Source: an uncultured Actinomycetes bacterium (GTDB taxonomy: Bacteria; Actinomycetota; Thermoleophilia; Solirubrobacterales; Solirubrobacteraceae). Taken from it: a DNA stretch of 64,000 nt. The notes beneath the pieces are model-generated. The model saw nothing but the letters and a program-made list of their open reading frames with translations, was not told where the DNA came from and searched no databases. The stretch is from contig CAVVAG010000022.1 of assembly GCA_963746165.1 (NCBI GenBank), positions 38,822 to 102,821 of the forward strand, in the 5' to 3' direction. Of the stretch, positions 28,405 through 38,144 are shown piece by piece; position 1 is the stretch's first letter; each line of letters starts with the position of its first letter. The position numbers were made by a program, and so were the translations under genes.

Positions 28405-30060
28405 ATGATGCTCACCATGGACACAGATCACATGTTCGACATGGTGTCCGAGGGTCGCGGCGCGCTGGCGGCGGCCGACTGGGAGCGCGCCCGGATCTGC
28501 TTCGAGCAGGCGCGCACGGCGGGCGAGACCGCGGAGATCCTCGACGGGTTGAGCCAGGCAGTGCACTTCCTCGGCCGCCACGACGACGCCATCCGGCTCA
28601 AGGAGCGTGCGTTCGCCGCCTACCGCCGGCGCGGCATGCGCGCGGAGGCCGCCGAGGCGGCGCGCTGGCTGGCGTTCTGGCACGGCGGCGTGCACGGCAA
28701 CCGCGCCGCCGCCAACGGCTGGATGGGCTGGGCCGCACGCCTGCTGGAGGGTCTGCCGGAGTGCGTCGAGCACGGCCGCCTGGCGCTGGACGCCGCGGCC
28801 TGGACGGACGACACGGCCGAGCGCGAGCGCCAGGCGCTGGCGGCGCTGGCGATCGCCCGGCGGCTCGGCGATCTGGACCTCGAGTTCAGCGCCCAGGCGC
28901 TTCTGGGCCATGCGTACGTGGTCGGGGGGCGCGTCGAGGAGGGGATGGCGCTGATCGACGAGGCGATGGCCGCCGTCTCCGCGGGAGAGGTGGCCGACGT
29001 CGACTCGATCGGGGGGATCTACTGCAGGCTGCTGGGGGCATGCGAGCGCACGACGGACGTCCAGCGCGCCGAGCAGTGGATGTCGGCGGCGCGCCGGTTC
29101 GTGGCATGGGGTGACTTCGTGCCGCCGACGTGCCGGCTGCACTACGGCGGGATCCTGATCGCGGTCGGGCGCTGGGCGGAGGCCGAGCAGGAGCTGCTCG
29201 CCGCGGCGCGCGTCTTCGAGGGCGGATACCGCGCCATGCGACCGGCTCCGCTCACGCGGCTCGCCGGCCTGCGCGTGCGACAGGGCCGCTTCGAGGAGGC
29301 CGAGCTCCTGCTCGAGGGCTGCGAATCGCGTCCGGCGGCACGGCAGGTGCTCGCGACCATCGCGCTCGCGCGCGGCGACCTGGCGCTGGCCGAGGATCTC
29401 GCGCGGTTGTGCCTCGACCGGCAGGACGGCGCGGGGGCGGACTGCGCCCCGCTGCTGGAGCTGCTCGTCGCCATCCACGTCGTCCGCGGCGATCTCGGCG
29501 CCGCGCGCGACACGCTGGCCGAGCTCACCGCGCTGGCCGCCGGATGCGCGAGCCCGTTGGTGACAGCCGGCGTCGATCTCGCGGCCGGCCGCGTTCGCGC
29601 GGCCGAGGGCGACCCGCGCGCCGCCGCTCATCTCCAGGCCGCGGTCGAGGCGTTCCTGGCGCTCGACCTGCCGCTGGAGGCCGCGCGGGCGCAGCTCGAG
29701 CTCGCACGAGCGCTGCCGCCGGCCGCCGCAGCGGCGGAGGCGCGGGTGGCGCTCGCCGCGTTCGAGCGGCTCGGCGCCGGGCCCGACGCCGACGCGGCCG
29801 CGAGCCTGCTGCGCTCGCTGGGGGTCAAGGCCTCCCGTGCCGGACCGAGGGGCGCCGGCGTGCTGACCAAGCGCGAGCGCGAGGTCCTCGGCCTGGTCGC
29901 CCTCGGCCTGTCGAATCCCGAGATCGCGGCGCGGCTGTTTCTCAGCCGCAAGACCGTCCAGCACCACGTCGCCCACGTCCTGGCGAAGCTCGACGTCGGA
30001 AGCCGAGCCGAGGCCGCCGCCTACGCCGCGCGCGAGCCGCAGACGCCCGGGCCGGGCTGA
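28405..30060 (+). CDS. LuxR-family transcriptional regulator with a long TPR-like helical N-terminal domain
   Basis: C-terminal HTH: LTKREREVLGLVALGLSNPEIAARLFLSRKTVQHHVAHVLAKLDV. Start uncertain among 28381-28441. Confidence 0.8.
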   Translation: MMLTMDTDHMFDMVSEGRGALAAADWERARICFEQARTAGETAEILDGLSQAVHFLGRHDDAIRLKERAFAAYRRRGMRAEAAEAARWLAFWHGGVHGNRAAANGWMGWAARLLEGLPECVEHGRLALDAAAWTDDTAERERQALAALAIARRLGDLDLEFSAQALLGHAYVVGGRVEEGMALIDEAMAAVSAGEVADVDSIGGIYCRLLGACERTTDVQRAEQWMSAARRFVAWGDFVPPTCRLHYGGILIAVGRWAEAEQELLAAARVFEGGYRAMRPAPLTRLAGLRVRQGRFEEAELLLEGCESRPAARQVLATIALARGDLALAEDLARLCLDRQDGAGADCAPLLELLVAIHVVRGDLGAARDTLAELTALAAGCASPLVTAGVDLAAGRVRAAEGDPRAAAHLQAAVEAFLALDLPLEAARAQLELARALPPAAAAAEARVALAAFERLGAGPDADAAASLLRSLGVKASRAGPRGAGVLTKREREVLGLVALGLSNPEIAARLFLSRKTVQHHVAHVLAKLDVGSRAEAAAYAAREPQTPGPG

Positions 30061-30150
30061 TTGGCGCCACGAGATAGGCCAGCTGGCCGATGCTCGGCGG
30101 TCCGGGGCGCAGCATGCTGCGCCCATGACGATCCATCCGAAGGAGGAGCG

Positions 30151-30651
30151 ATGACGCAGCATGCGACGGACGCGACGACGGTGGCCCCGCTGGCGGTGCC
30201 GGCTGACGCCGGCGAGGCGCGCTGGTGGTTCAACGGGCTCGCCGTCATCAAGACGACCGCCGAGGACACCGGCGGCCAGATGACGATCGTGGAGATCACC
30301 GAGCCGGCGAACGAGCAGGCGCCGCTGCACGTGCACCACACCGAGGACGAGGCCTTCTGGATCCTCGACGGCAGCGCGACGTTCGAGGTCGGCGGCCAGA
30401 CGATCGAGGCCCGGGCGGGCGACTACGTGTTCGGGCCGCGCGACATCCCCCATCGCTACACCGTGGGAGCGGACGGCTGCCGGATGCTGTTCATCTTCAC
30501 CCCCGGCGGCTTCGAGGATCTGCTGCGCAGGAGCAGCCGGCCCGCCGACAGCCACACCCTGCCCCCGCCCGACGACAGCCCGCCCACCGACGAGGACATG
30601 CAGTCGATGATGGCGGCGATGCGCGCGCACGGGTGCGAGCTCCTCGAATGA
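30151..30651 (+). CDS. cupin-domain protein
   Basis: AGGAGGA Shine-Dalgarno sequence 4 nt before the ATG. Cupin motifs PLHVHHTEDEAFWILDG and GDYVFGPRDIPH. Confidence 0.8.
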   Translation: MTQHATDATTVAPLAVPADAGEARWWFNGLAVIKTTAEDTGGQMTIVEITEPANEQAPLHVHHTEDEAFWILDGSATFEVGGQTIEARAGDYVFGPRDIPHRYTVGADGCRMLFIFTPGGFEDLLRRSSRPADSHTLPPPDDSPPTDEDMQSMMAAMRAHGCELLE

Positions 30652-30676
30652 GCGCGGCGCGGGTACGTTGCAGTGC

Positions 30677-31270
30677 ATGGGTCGCGAGTCGGCGAGCTAC
30701 TACATGACGCTGCCGCCCGAGCTCGAGGACGCCGTCCTCGTCGCGCTGCGCGAGGGCGGCGCGGAGGCGATCGGCTCGGAGCACACGTGGATCGAGCTGC
30801 GCCTGCGCGACCCGCACCGCTACTGGATCGACCTGCGCGTGCACCGCGCTCCCGAGCCGCTGCTGGAGATCCGCATCGCGCTGACCAACGACGAGTGGTC
30901 GATCCGTGCGCCGCTGGCGGCGGCGTTCACGGCGCTGCCGGCGGGCGCGGCGCAGATCGCGGTGCGCGACGAGGACGGCGGCGAGATCGGCGTCCCCGCC
31001 GACGCGGGCTGGTCGCTGCGCCTCGAGGAGGACTTCGGGCGCCGGCGGGCGGAGTTCGTCGGCCGCGTCGGCGACATCAACGCGCCGATCTCGGCCGACC
31101 ACGTCTACATGTACATCCACCAGACCGGCATGCGCCGCGACGACGACCTCGAGCTCGAGTGGCACCGCGAGCGGGAGATCTCGAAGATCGAGGAGATGTG
31201 GGAGGGCCGGCCGGAGCTGCCGGCCGATCACCCCGACCATCCTGATCGCGTCGCGGGCGACGAGGGCTGA
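30677..31270 (+). CDS. hypothetical protein
   Basis: Coding-like composition and high GC3, no recognisable motif. Start options are TTG 30668, ATG 30677 and ATG 30704. Confidence 0.5.
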   Translation: MGRESASYYMTLPPELEDAVLVALREGGAEAIGSEHTWIELRLRDPHRYWIDLRVHRAPEPLLEIRIALTNDEWSIRAPLAAAFTALPAGAAQIAVRDEDGGEIGVPADAGWSLRLEEDFGRRRAEFVGRVGDINAPISADHVYMYIHQTGMRRDDDLELEWHREREISKIEEMWEGRPELPADHPDHPDRVAGDEG

Positions 31271-31277
31271 GCCGCTC

Positions 31278-32648
31278 CTACGCCAGCTGGTGGTTGGCGT
31301 GCAGGAGGCGGTGCGGATCGACCTGTGCCCGTACGGCCTGCAGCCTCGCGAAGCTCTCGGCTTCGTATGCGGCGCGAGTGTCGGTGGGGGTCTCGGCGAA
31401 GTTCAGGTAGCGCGACCCCGTCGACCATGGCTCCATGGCCTCGGTGAGCGCGTGAGCGCTGGCCGCGATGGCTGCGCCGTCCTGCGGCGTGCCGGCGATC
31501 CCGGCGCCGAAGACCGCGAACTCCGCGTCGAGCTTCGCGAGCGCGCCGTGCACCTCGGGGACGCGGCCGAGCGCTCCGCCGAGCTGGCGCAGCTCGGCGA
31601 ACAGCAGCGACGAGTTCGAGTCGGGCCCGGCCGCGGCGACGAACGCCGCCGTGCCGCCGGCGCCGAGCGAGTCGACCATCGTGTGGCCGCTGGCGACGGG
31701 GACCGGCTGCTCAGGATCGCCGTGCAGGCGGACGAGGGCGGGCGTCGGCATCGGCGCGAACATGTCGATCTCAGGACCGAGCTCGCGCAGCGGCGCGAGC
31801 GCGGCCTCGGCGTCGGCGACGTCGCCGGTGTACGCGCCGTCGATCATCACGATCTGGCGTCCGCGGATCGGCTCGGGGATCTCGGGCAGCGGCGGCAGCT
31901 GCATGATCCGCGCCGAGGTCGAGATCTCGTCGGGCGCGGTCGCCGCCCAGTCGGTCCAGCGCGCCAGCACGCGCTCGGAGTGCTGCCAGTCCCACACGAG
32001 CGCGCCGCCGTAGACCTCTGTGACCGGATACAGGGCGAACTCGATCGCTGTGACGACGCCGAAGTTGCCGCCGCCGCCGCGCAGCGCCCAGAACAGGTCG
32101 GGCTCGTTGTCGCGGTCGGCGCGCACGCGGTCTCCGCCGGCGGTGACGAGCTCGACCGCCGTGATGCTGTTGGTCTGCATGCCGTACTTGCGGGCCAGCC
32201 AGCCGATTCCGCCGCCGAGCGAGTAGCCGACGATGCCGACGTCGGGCGACGAACCGGCAAGCGCGGTGAGGCCGTGAGCGGCCGCGGGGCCCATGACGTC
32301 CTGCCACAGATCGCCGGCACGGACGCGGGCGATGGCCCGGTCGGCGTCGATCTCGACGCCGCGCAGGGCGGACGTGCGCACGAGGATCGTGCCCTGCAGC
32401 GAGCCGAGCGGCGCGGCGTTGTGGCCGGTGCTCTGCGGCGCGATCCGCAGCCCGGTCTCGCGGGCGTAGGCGATGACCGCGGCGACGTCGTCTTCGTCGA
32501 CCGGACACACGACGGCCGCGGGCCGCTGGTCGACGGCGACGTTCCAGGCGGCCCGAGCGGCGTCCCAGCCGTCATCGGCGGGCGTGAAGGCCGCTCCCGC
32601 GAGCCGGGCGTCGAGGTCGCGCGGGTCAGCTGTGGGGACCGATGTCAT
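31278..32648 (-). CDS. FAD-binding (PCMH/BBE-type) oxidoreductase
   Basis: IAPQSTGHN, GSSPDVGIVGYSLGGGIGWLARKYG, DLFWALRGGGGNFGVVT, and a C-terminal BBE-like ...DPHRLLHANH. Confidence 0.85.
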   Translation of the reverse strand: MTSVPTADPRDLDARLAGAAFTPADDGWDAARAAWNVAVDQRPAAVVCPVDEDDVAAVIAYARETGLRIAPQSTGHNAAPLGSLQGTILVRTSALRGVEIDADRAIARVRAGDLWQDVMGPAAAHGLTALAGSSPDVGIVGYSLGGGIGWLARKYGMQTNSITAVELVTAGGDRVRADRDNEPDLFWALRGGGGNFGVVTAIEFALYPVTEVYGGALVWDWQHSERVLARWTDWAATAPDEISTSARIMQLPPLPEIPEPIRGRQIVMIDGAYTGDVADAEAALAPLRELGPEIDMFAPMPTPALVRLHGDPEQPVPVASGHTMVDSLGAGGTAAFVAAAGPDSNSSLLFAELRQLGGALGRVPEVHGALAKLDAEFAVFGAGIAGTPQDGAAIAASAHALTEAMEPWSTGSRYLNFAETPTDTRAAYEAESFARLQAVRAQVDPHRLLHANHQLA

Positions 32649-32780
32649 GTCGTTGCTCCGATCACGGGTGGCATGAGCGCAAGCGTCTCAGTGCCGAGTG
32701 GCCGTGTCCAGTTGGGTCTCCCTGAGCCTTACGGTACGGGTAGCCACACCCCGCGGTGCCTCAGCCCAGCAATCGGGGTC

Positions 32781-33314
32781 CTACTCGCCCTCGCCGCGCA
32801 GCGGCGTGCGCTCCAGCGGCTCCTCGAGCAGCATCTCCTTCGTGAAGACGAGATCCTGGCGGTTGTAGGCCGACATCTCGTAGTCGTGGCCCATCGTGAT
32901 CGCGTCGAACGGGCACGCGACCTCGCAGTAGCCGCAGAAGATGCAGCGCGACAGGTTGATCTCGTAGACCGCGGCGTAGCGCTCGCCGGCGCTCACGCGG
33001 TTCTCGGGCGTGTTCTCGGCCGCGACGACGCGGATGCAGTCCGCGGGGCAGGCGGCGGCGCACAGCGAGCAGCCGACGCACTTCTCCAGGCCCGTGTCCT
33101 CGAACCGATGCAGCCGGTGCCGGCCGCGGAAGCGCGGGTAGACGGGCACCTTCTCCTCGGGATAGGAGATCGTCTGCGGGCCCTCGAAGAGGCGCGCCAT
33201 CGTCGTCTTCAGTCCGCGCAGCGTCTCGCCGAACGCGCGCGCCGTGCCGCCGGCGGCGCTCGGCTGGGGCGCGCGCTGCACGACGAGCATCTCGTCTCCG
33301 GGAGTCCAGCTCAT
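32781..33314 (-). CDS. nuoI: NADH-quinone oxidoreductase subunit I
   Basis: Two 4Fe-4S motifs, CVGCSLCAAACP and CIFCGYCEVACP. ATGA overlap with nuoH. Confidence 0.93.
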   Translation of the reverse strand: MSWTPGDEMLVVQRAPQPSAAGGTARAFGETLRGLKTTMARLFEGPQTISYPEEKVPVYPRFRGRHRLHRFEDTGLEKCVGCSLCAAACPADCIRVVAAENTPENRVSAGERYAAVYEINLSRCIFCGYCEVACPFDAITMGHDYEMSAYNRQDLVFTKEMLLEEPLERTPLRGEGE

Positions 33315-34339
33315 GACACTGCCACCACCACGATCGCGGTCACCAGGGCATTCAACGTAGCCAGCGGCAGCAGCACCTTCCAGCCGAAGCTCATCAGCTG
33401 GTCGTAGCGCAGGCGCGGGAGCGTCGCGCGGATCCAGACGAAGAAGAAGACGAACAGGAAGATCTTGCCCAGGACGACGAACGGGTCGACGATGCCGGGC
33501 GGGTCGACGAACGGCAGCTGCCAGCCGCCGAGGAACATCGTCACCGCGATGCCGGAGACGACGAGGATGTTCACGTACTCGGCGAAGAAGTACGCGGCGA
33601 ACTTCGAGCCGCCGTACTCGGTGTTGTAGCCCGCGACGAGCTCCGCGTCGGCCTCGGGCAGGTCGAACGGCGCGCGGTTGGTCTCCGCGAACGCCGACAC
33701 CGTGAAGATGAGGAAGCCGACGAACTGCGGGACGATGTACCACATGCTCCCCTGCGCCTCGACGATCGTCGGCAGCGACAGCGAGCCGGCCATCATGATC
33801 ACGCCGACGAGCGACAGGCCCATCGCGACCTCGTAGGAGATGAGCTGCGCGGCCGCGCGCATGGCCCCGAGGAACGAGTACTTCGAGCCGCTGGCCCAGC
33901 CGCCGAGCATGAGCCCGTAGAAGGCGATCGCGCCGAAGGCGAAGACGTAGAGCACGCCGATCCCGACGTCGAGGCCGTAGAGGCCGACGTCGGTCCCGAA
34001 GATGTTCGCGACGTCGCCGAAGGGCAGGATCGCGAAGGCCGCCAGGGCCGTCAGCAGCGAGATCACCGGCGCCAGCGCGTAGAGGAAGCCGATCGCCGTC
34101 GAGGGCTGGAAAGGCTCCTTCGTGGCGAGCTTGATGATGTCCGCCAGCGGCTGGGCCATGCCGAACGGGCCGACGCGGTTGGGCCCGTAGCGGTGCTGGA
34201 AGCGGCCGAGCAGCTTGCGCTCGGCGAGCAGCACGACCGGCACGATCTGCACCGCGACGAGGAAGATCACGACGGACTTCAGCAGCTGGATGTACCACTC
34301 CTCGGCGTAGCCGACGAGCGCGATGACGGTGGGGGTCAC
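33311..34339 (-). CDS. nuoH: NADH-quinone oxidoreductase subunit H
   Basis: AERKLLGRFQHRYGPNRVGPFG and ETNRAPFDLPEADAELVAGYNTEY. The GTG start at 34339 overlaps the true nuoG stop (GTGA). Confidence 0.92.
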   Translation of the reverse strand: MTPTVIALVGYAEEWYIQLLKSVVIFLVAVQIVPVVLLAERKLLGRFQHRYGPNRVGPFGMAQPLADIIKLATKEPFQPSTAIGFLYALAPVISLLTALAAFAILPFGDVANIFGTDVGLYGLDVGIGVLYVFAFGAIAFYGLMLGGWASGSKYSFLGAMRAAAQLISYEVAMGLSLVGVIMMAGSLSLPTIVEAQGSMWYIVPQFVGFLIFTVSAFAETNRAPFDLPEADAELVAGYNTEYGGSKFAAYFFAEYVNILVVSGIAVTMFLGGWQLPFVDPPGIVDPFVVLGKIFLFVFFFVWIRATLPRLRYDQLMSFGWKVLLPLATLNALVTAIVVVAVS

Positions 34340-36811
34340 CGCGGCGCGACCTCCACGAGCCCGCCGGCGTCCAGCTCCGAGGCGGAGTCGGCGGCGATGC
34401 CCTCCTCGAGGAAGACCGACCCCTCCGGCACCGCGGAGCGCAGGACGGCGACGGCGCTGATGCGCGCGCCGTTGGCGCCGACGGCGACGTGCCCGCCGTT
34501 GGCGATGCCCAGGCGCTCGGCGTCGACCGGGTTGAGCTCGGCGCGCTGGGCGTGGCGCAGGAACCTCAGCGCCGGCGACAGCTCCACCTCGGGCGCGGCC
34601 CAGATCGAGCGGAACGTGCCGAGGCGCAGGTTCCCGTTCGGGCGTGGGCGCGTGGGGCGGGACCTCGAGGCCGAACGGCCCGGTGTCGGCGACGGGCCAG
34701 CCTGCGGCGGCAGGGCGCTCGGTCCAGCGCACGCCGCGCCCGCCGAGGTCGTCGAGCGTCAGGCCGGCGTAGAACGGGACCGCCTCGAAGAGCTTGGCCG
34801 ACGCCATCGGGCCGTGCAGGATCTGGAGGTCGTGACCGAGGCGGGCCGCGAGGTCGGCGACCACCTGCCACTCCGCGCGCACCGCGTCGGGACGCTTGAT
34901 CGCCGGGCGCAGGCGCTGCACGCGCCCGTCGGGGTGCGTGACCGTGCCCTCCTTCTCGGCGTAGGACTCGGCGGGGAAGACGATGTCGGCGAACTCCCAC
35001 AGCCCCTCGCTGAGGAAGTCGGCATGGGCGATGACCGTGTCCGCGCGTTCGAGCGCCGCGCGCCAGCTGCGCCGGTTGGGCAGGTCGCGCAGGGGGTCTG
35101 AGTGCATGAGATACAGCGCGCTGAGGTCGCCGACGGCCGCCGCGGCGCCGATCCCGTCGCTGTCGAGGCCGACCGGGCTGACCGGCGCCACGCCGGGCGC
35201 GGCGTTGGGCAGCACGCCGACCTCGCGCAGGCCGCGGCCGTTGGTCCCCGCGGGCAGCTCGAGCAGGCCCGAGCCCTCGTGGTCGGCGGTGACGAGGCGA
35301 CCGGCGATGTTCAGCAGCGCGCGGGCGGCGTGGCCGCCGCGGGTGCCGTGCGTCAGCCGCTCGCCGTAGACGATCACGACGTCCGCGCCCGCTGACGACA
35401 GCAGCTCGGCGAGCGCGGTGATCTGCGCGCCGTCGGCGCCGGCGGCATCGGCGAGCTCGTCGACGGCGCCGCCGCCGCCGAGCGCAGCGTTCAGCGCCGC
35501 GCAGAACGCCTCGCCGGCGCCGGGCGCGTAGCGCACGACGACGTCCGCGTTCGGATCCAGCGAGGACGGCCGCGAGGTGGCGACCGCGAGCTTGACGGCG
35601 TTGCGCCGCACGCCCTTGCGGATGCGCAGGTCGAGCACCGGCGCGTCGTCGACCGGCTCGCAGTCGAGCACGAGCACGGCGTGGGCGAACTCGAGGTCGG
35701 GCACGACGGCCTGCAGCGTCGGCGTGTGCAGCGCAGCGTGCAGCTCGCGCGGCAGCATCCCGCCGTGGCGCGAGTCGACGTTCGGGGAGCCGAGGGCGCC
35801 GCGCATGAGCTCCTGCAGCAGCCAGCCCTCCTCGTTGGTCGTCTCGCCGCCGGCGATCGCGCCGCTCGCCGCGCCGGCGGCGTTCAGGCGCGCCGCCGCC
35901 TCGTCGATGGCGCGGTCCCAGCCGACCGGCACGAGCTCGCCGTCGACGCGCAGCAGCGGGTGCGTGACCCGGCTGTCGACGTGCACCGACTGGTAGGCGA
36001 AGCGGCCCTTGTCGCACAGCCAGCCGTCGTCGACGCCCTGGTGGTCGCGCGCCATGACGCGCAGGACGCGCTCGTCGCGGACGGTGAACTCGACGTTGCA
36101 CTGCGCGGGGCACAGGGTGCAGACCGACCCCGAGCCCTCGATGTCCCAGGGCCGCGCGCGGAAGCGGTAGGGCTGCGAGGTGAGCGCGCCGACCGGGCAC
36201 AGATCGATGATGTTCCCGCTGAACGGGGCGACGTAGGGGTGGCCGTCGAACGTCGAGACGTAGGTGTCCGCGCTGCGCTCCTGCAGGACGAGCTGGTAGT
36301 CCTCGGCGATCTCTTGGCTGAAGCGCACGCAGCGGTAGCAGAGGATGCAGCGCTCGCGGTCGATCGCGATGAGCGGCGACAGGGCGAGCGGCTTGACGAA
36401 GTGACGCTTGGGCTCGATGAAGCGCGAACGGCCGGGTCCCCAGCCGAACGTGATGTCCTGCAGCGGGCACTCGCCGCCCTTGTCGCAGACCGGGCAGTCG
36501 AGCGGGTGGTTGATGAGCAGGAACTCCAGGATCGCCTCCTGGGCCTCCTTGACGCGGTCGGTCTGGGTGTTGACGACCATCCCGTCCTTCACCGGCGTCG
36601 AGCAGGCGGTCTGCAGCTTCGGGATGCCCTCGATCTCCACGAGGCACATGCGACACGCGCCGACCGGGGCGCCGAGCTTGGGCTCATAACAGAAGACGGG
36701 GATCTCGACGTCGCCGAACTTCGCGGCGTCGGCGAGCATCATGCCCGCCGGGGCGCTGACCTCGAGCCCGTCGACCGTGAAGGCGATCGTGTCGGGTGCG
36801 GGCCTAGGCAC
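34336..36811 (-). CDS. nuoG: NADH-quinone oxidoreductase subunit G, frame-disrupted as sequenced (1 extra nt near 34630-34660)
   Basis: CYEPKLGAPVGACRMC and HPLDCPVCDKGGECPLQD. The length of 2476 nt is not divisible by 3. The C-terminal ...NGNLRLGTFRSIWAAPEVELSPALRFL...VEVAPR lies in another frame (track ORF 34336-34587). Confidence 0.85.
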
Positions 36812-38144
36812 GCGTGGCTCCCTGGATGAGGACGGGATCGCCGGGATCATCGCGCCCACCGGCGAGAGTGTCTCCGGCCCACTCGTTGCGCCCGCGGGCC
36901 GCTTCGATGTGGGCCTCGAACTCGTCGCGGAACTTCGCGATCATCGACCCGACCGGCATCGCCATCGCGTCGCCGAGCACGCAGAGGCAGTTGCCGATGA
37001 TCTGCTCCTGCACCGAGGCCATGATGTCGAGGTCCATCGGCGTGGCGAGCCCGTTGTCGACGCGCTCGAGCATGGAGACCGTCCAGCGCGTGCCCTCGCG
37101 GCACGGCGTGCACTTCCCGCAGGACTCGTGCTTGTAGAACTTCGCGAGCTTCAGCGCGACGCTGACGACGGAGACGGAGTCGTCGACGACGATGATCGCG
37201 CCCGAGCCGAGCATCGACTTCGCCTTCGCCAGCGAGTCGAAGTCATAGGGGATGTCGAGGTCGTCGGCCGTCAGCACCGGCGACGACGAGCCACCGGGAA
37301 ACCAGAGCTTCACCTTGCGTCCCTCGGGCGGCCCGCCCGCGAGGTCGAAGATGATCTCCCGCGAGGACATGCCCAGCTCGACCTCGTAGTTGCCGGGTCG
37401 CTGGACGTGGCCGCTGACCGAGACGAGCTTCGTGCCGGCCGAGTTCTCGACGCCCATCTCGGCGTACTTCGCGCCGCCCATGGCGATGATGTGGGGCATC
37501 GTCGCGAGCGTCTCGACGTTGTTGATGACCGTCGGTCCCTGGTACAGGCCCTGGTTTGCGGGAAACGGCGGCTTCAGGCGCGGGTTGCCGCGCTTGCCCT
37601 CCAACGAGTCGAGCAGGCCCGTCTCCTCGCCGCAGATGTAGGCGCCGGCGCCGCGGTGCAGGACGAGCGAGAGGCTGAAGCCCGAGCCGAGGATGTTCTC
37701 GCCGATGAAGCCGGCCGCCTCTGCCTCGAGGATCGCCGCGTCGATGATGTCGGCCTGCTCGACGTACTCGCCGCGGATGTAGATGAACGACTTCGTCGCG
37801 CCCGCCGCGAAGGCGGCGATGACCATGCCCTCGATGAGCATGTGCGGGCTCTTCTGCATGAGCTCGCGGTCCTTGAACGTGCCCGGCTCGGACTCGTCGG
37901 CGTTGCAGACGAGGTACTTGTCGACGTCGACCTTCGGGATGAACGAGATCTTCTTGCCGCTCGGAAAGCCCGCGCCGCCGCGACCGCGCAGCCCGGAGGC
38001 CATGAGCTCGTCCGTCACCTCCGCGGGCGTCATGGAGGTGAGCACCGTGCGCATCGCCTCGTAGCCGCCACGACGGCGGTAGACGTCGATCGTGTGCAGG
38101 CCGGGCTCGTCGATGCCGGCGAAGAGGATGGTCGGGCTCGTCAT
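36804..38144 (-). CDS. nuoF: NADH-quinone oxidoreductase subunit F
   Basis: GLRGRGGAGFPSGKK and ESCGKCTPCREG. Confidence 0.95.
   Translation of the reverse strand: MTSPTILFAGIDEPGLHTIDVYRRRGGYEAMRTVLTSMTPAEVTDELMASGLRGRGGAGFPSGKKISFIPKVDVDKYLVCNADESEPGTFKDRELMQKSPHMLIEGMVIAAFAAGATKSFIYIRGEYVEQADIIDAAILEAEAAGFIGENILGSGFSLSLVLHRGAGAYICGEETGLLDSLEGKRGNPRLKPPFPANQGLYQGPTVINNVETLATMPHIIAMGGAKYAEMGVENSAGTKLVSVSGHVQRPGNYEVELGMSSREIIFDLAGGPPEGRKVKLWFPGGSSSPVLTADDLDIPYDFDSLAKAKSMLGSGAIIVVDDSVSVVSVALKLAKFYKHESCGKCTPCREGTRWTVSMLERVDNGLATPMDLDIMASVQEQIIGNCLCVLGDAMAMPVGSMIAKFRDEFEAHIEAARGRNEWAGDTLAGGRDDPGDPVLIQGATRA

Noticed and set aside
25550-30678. Very long ORFs 25550-28408 (+, 952 aa) and 28060-30678 (-, 872 aa). 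Similar cases are 21805-23796, 6488-8485, 52578-54605 and 19584-21590.
   Set aside because: These are Arg/Ala/Gly/Pro-dominated shadow frames, antisense to or offset from clearly recognisable genes (nuoL/K/J, LuxR, nuoN, methyltransferase, FAD oxidase, membrane protein). This is typical of DNA above 70% GC.
34600-34690. Programmed ribosomal frameshift in nuoG.
   Set aside because: There is no X-XXY-YYZ slippery heptamer or obvious downstream structure at the switch. A single-base indel in C/G runs is simpler.
33311-36859. 1182-aa ORF that would be a single giant gene.
   Set aside because: It is nuoG, frame-shifted near 34640, running in frame into nuoH. The true NuoG C-terminus is in another frame (34336-34587), and NuoH has its own GTG at 34339.
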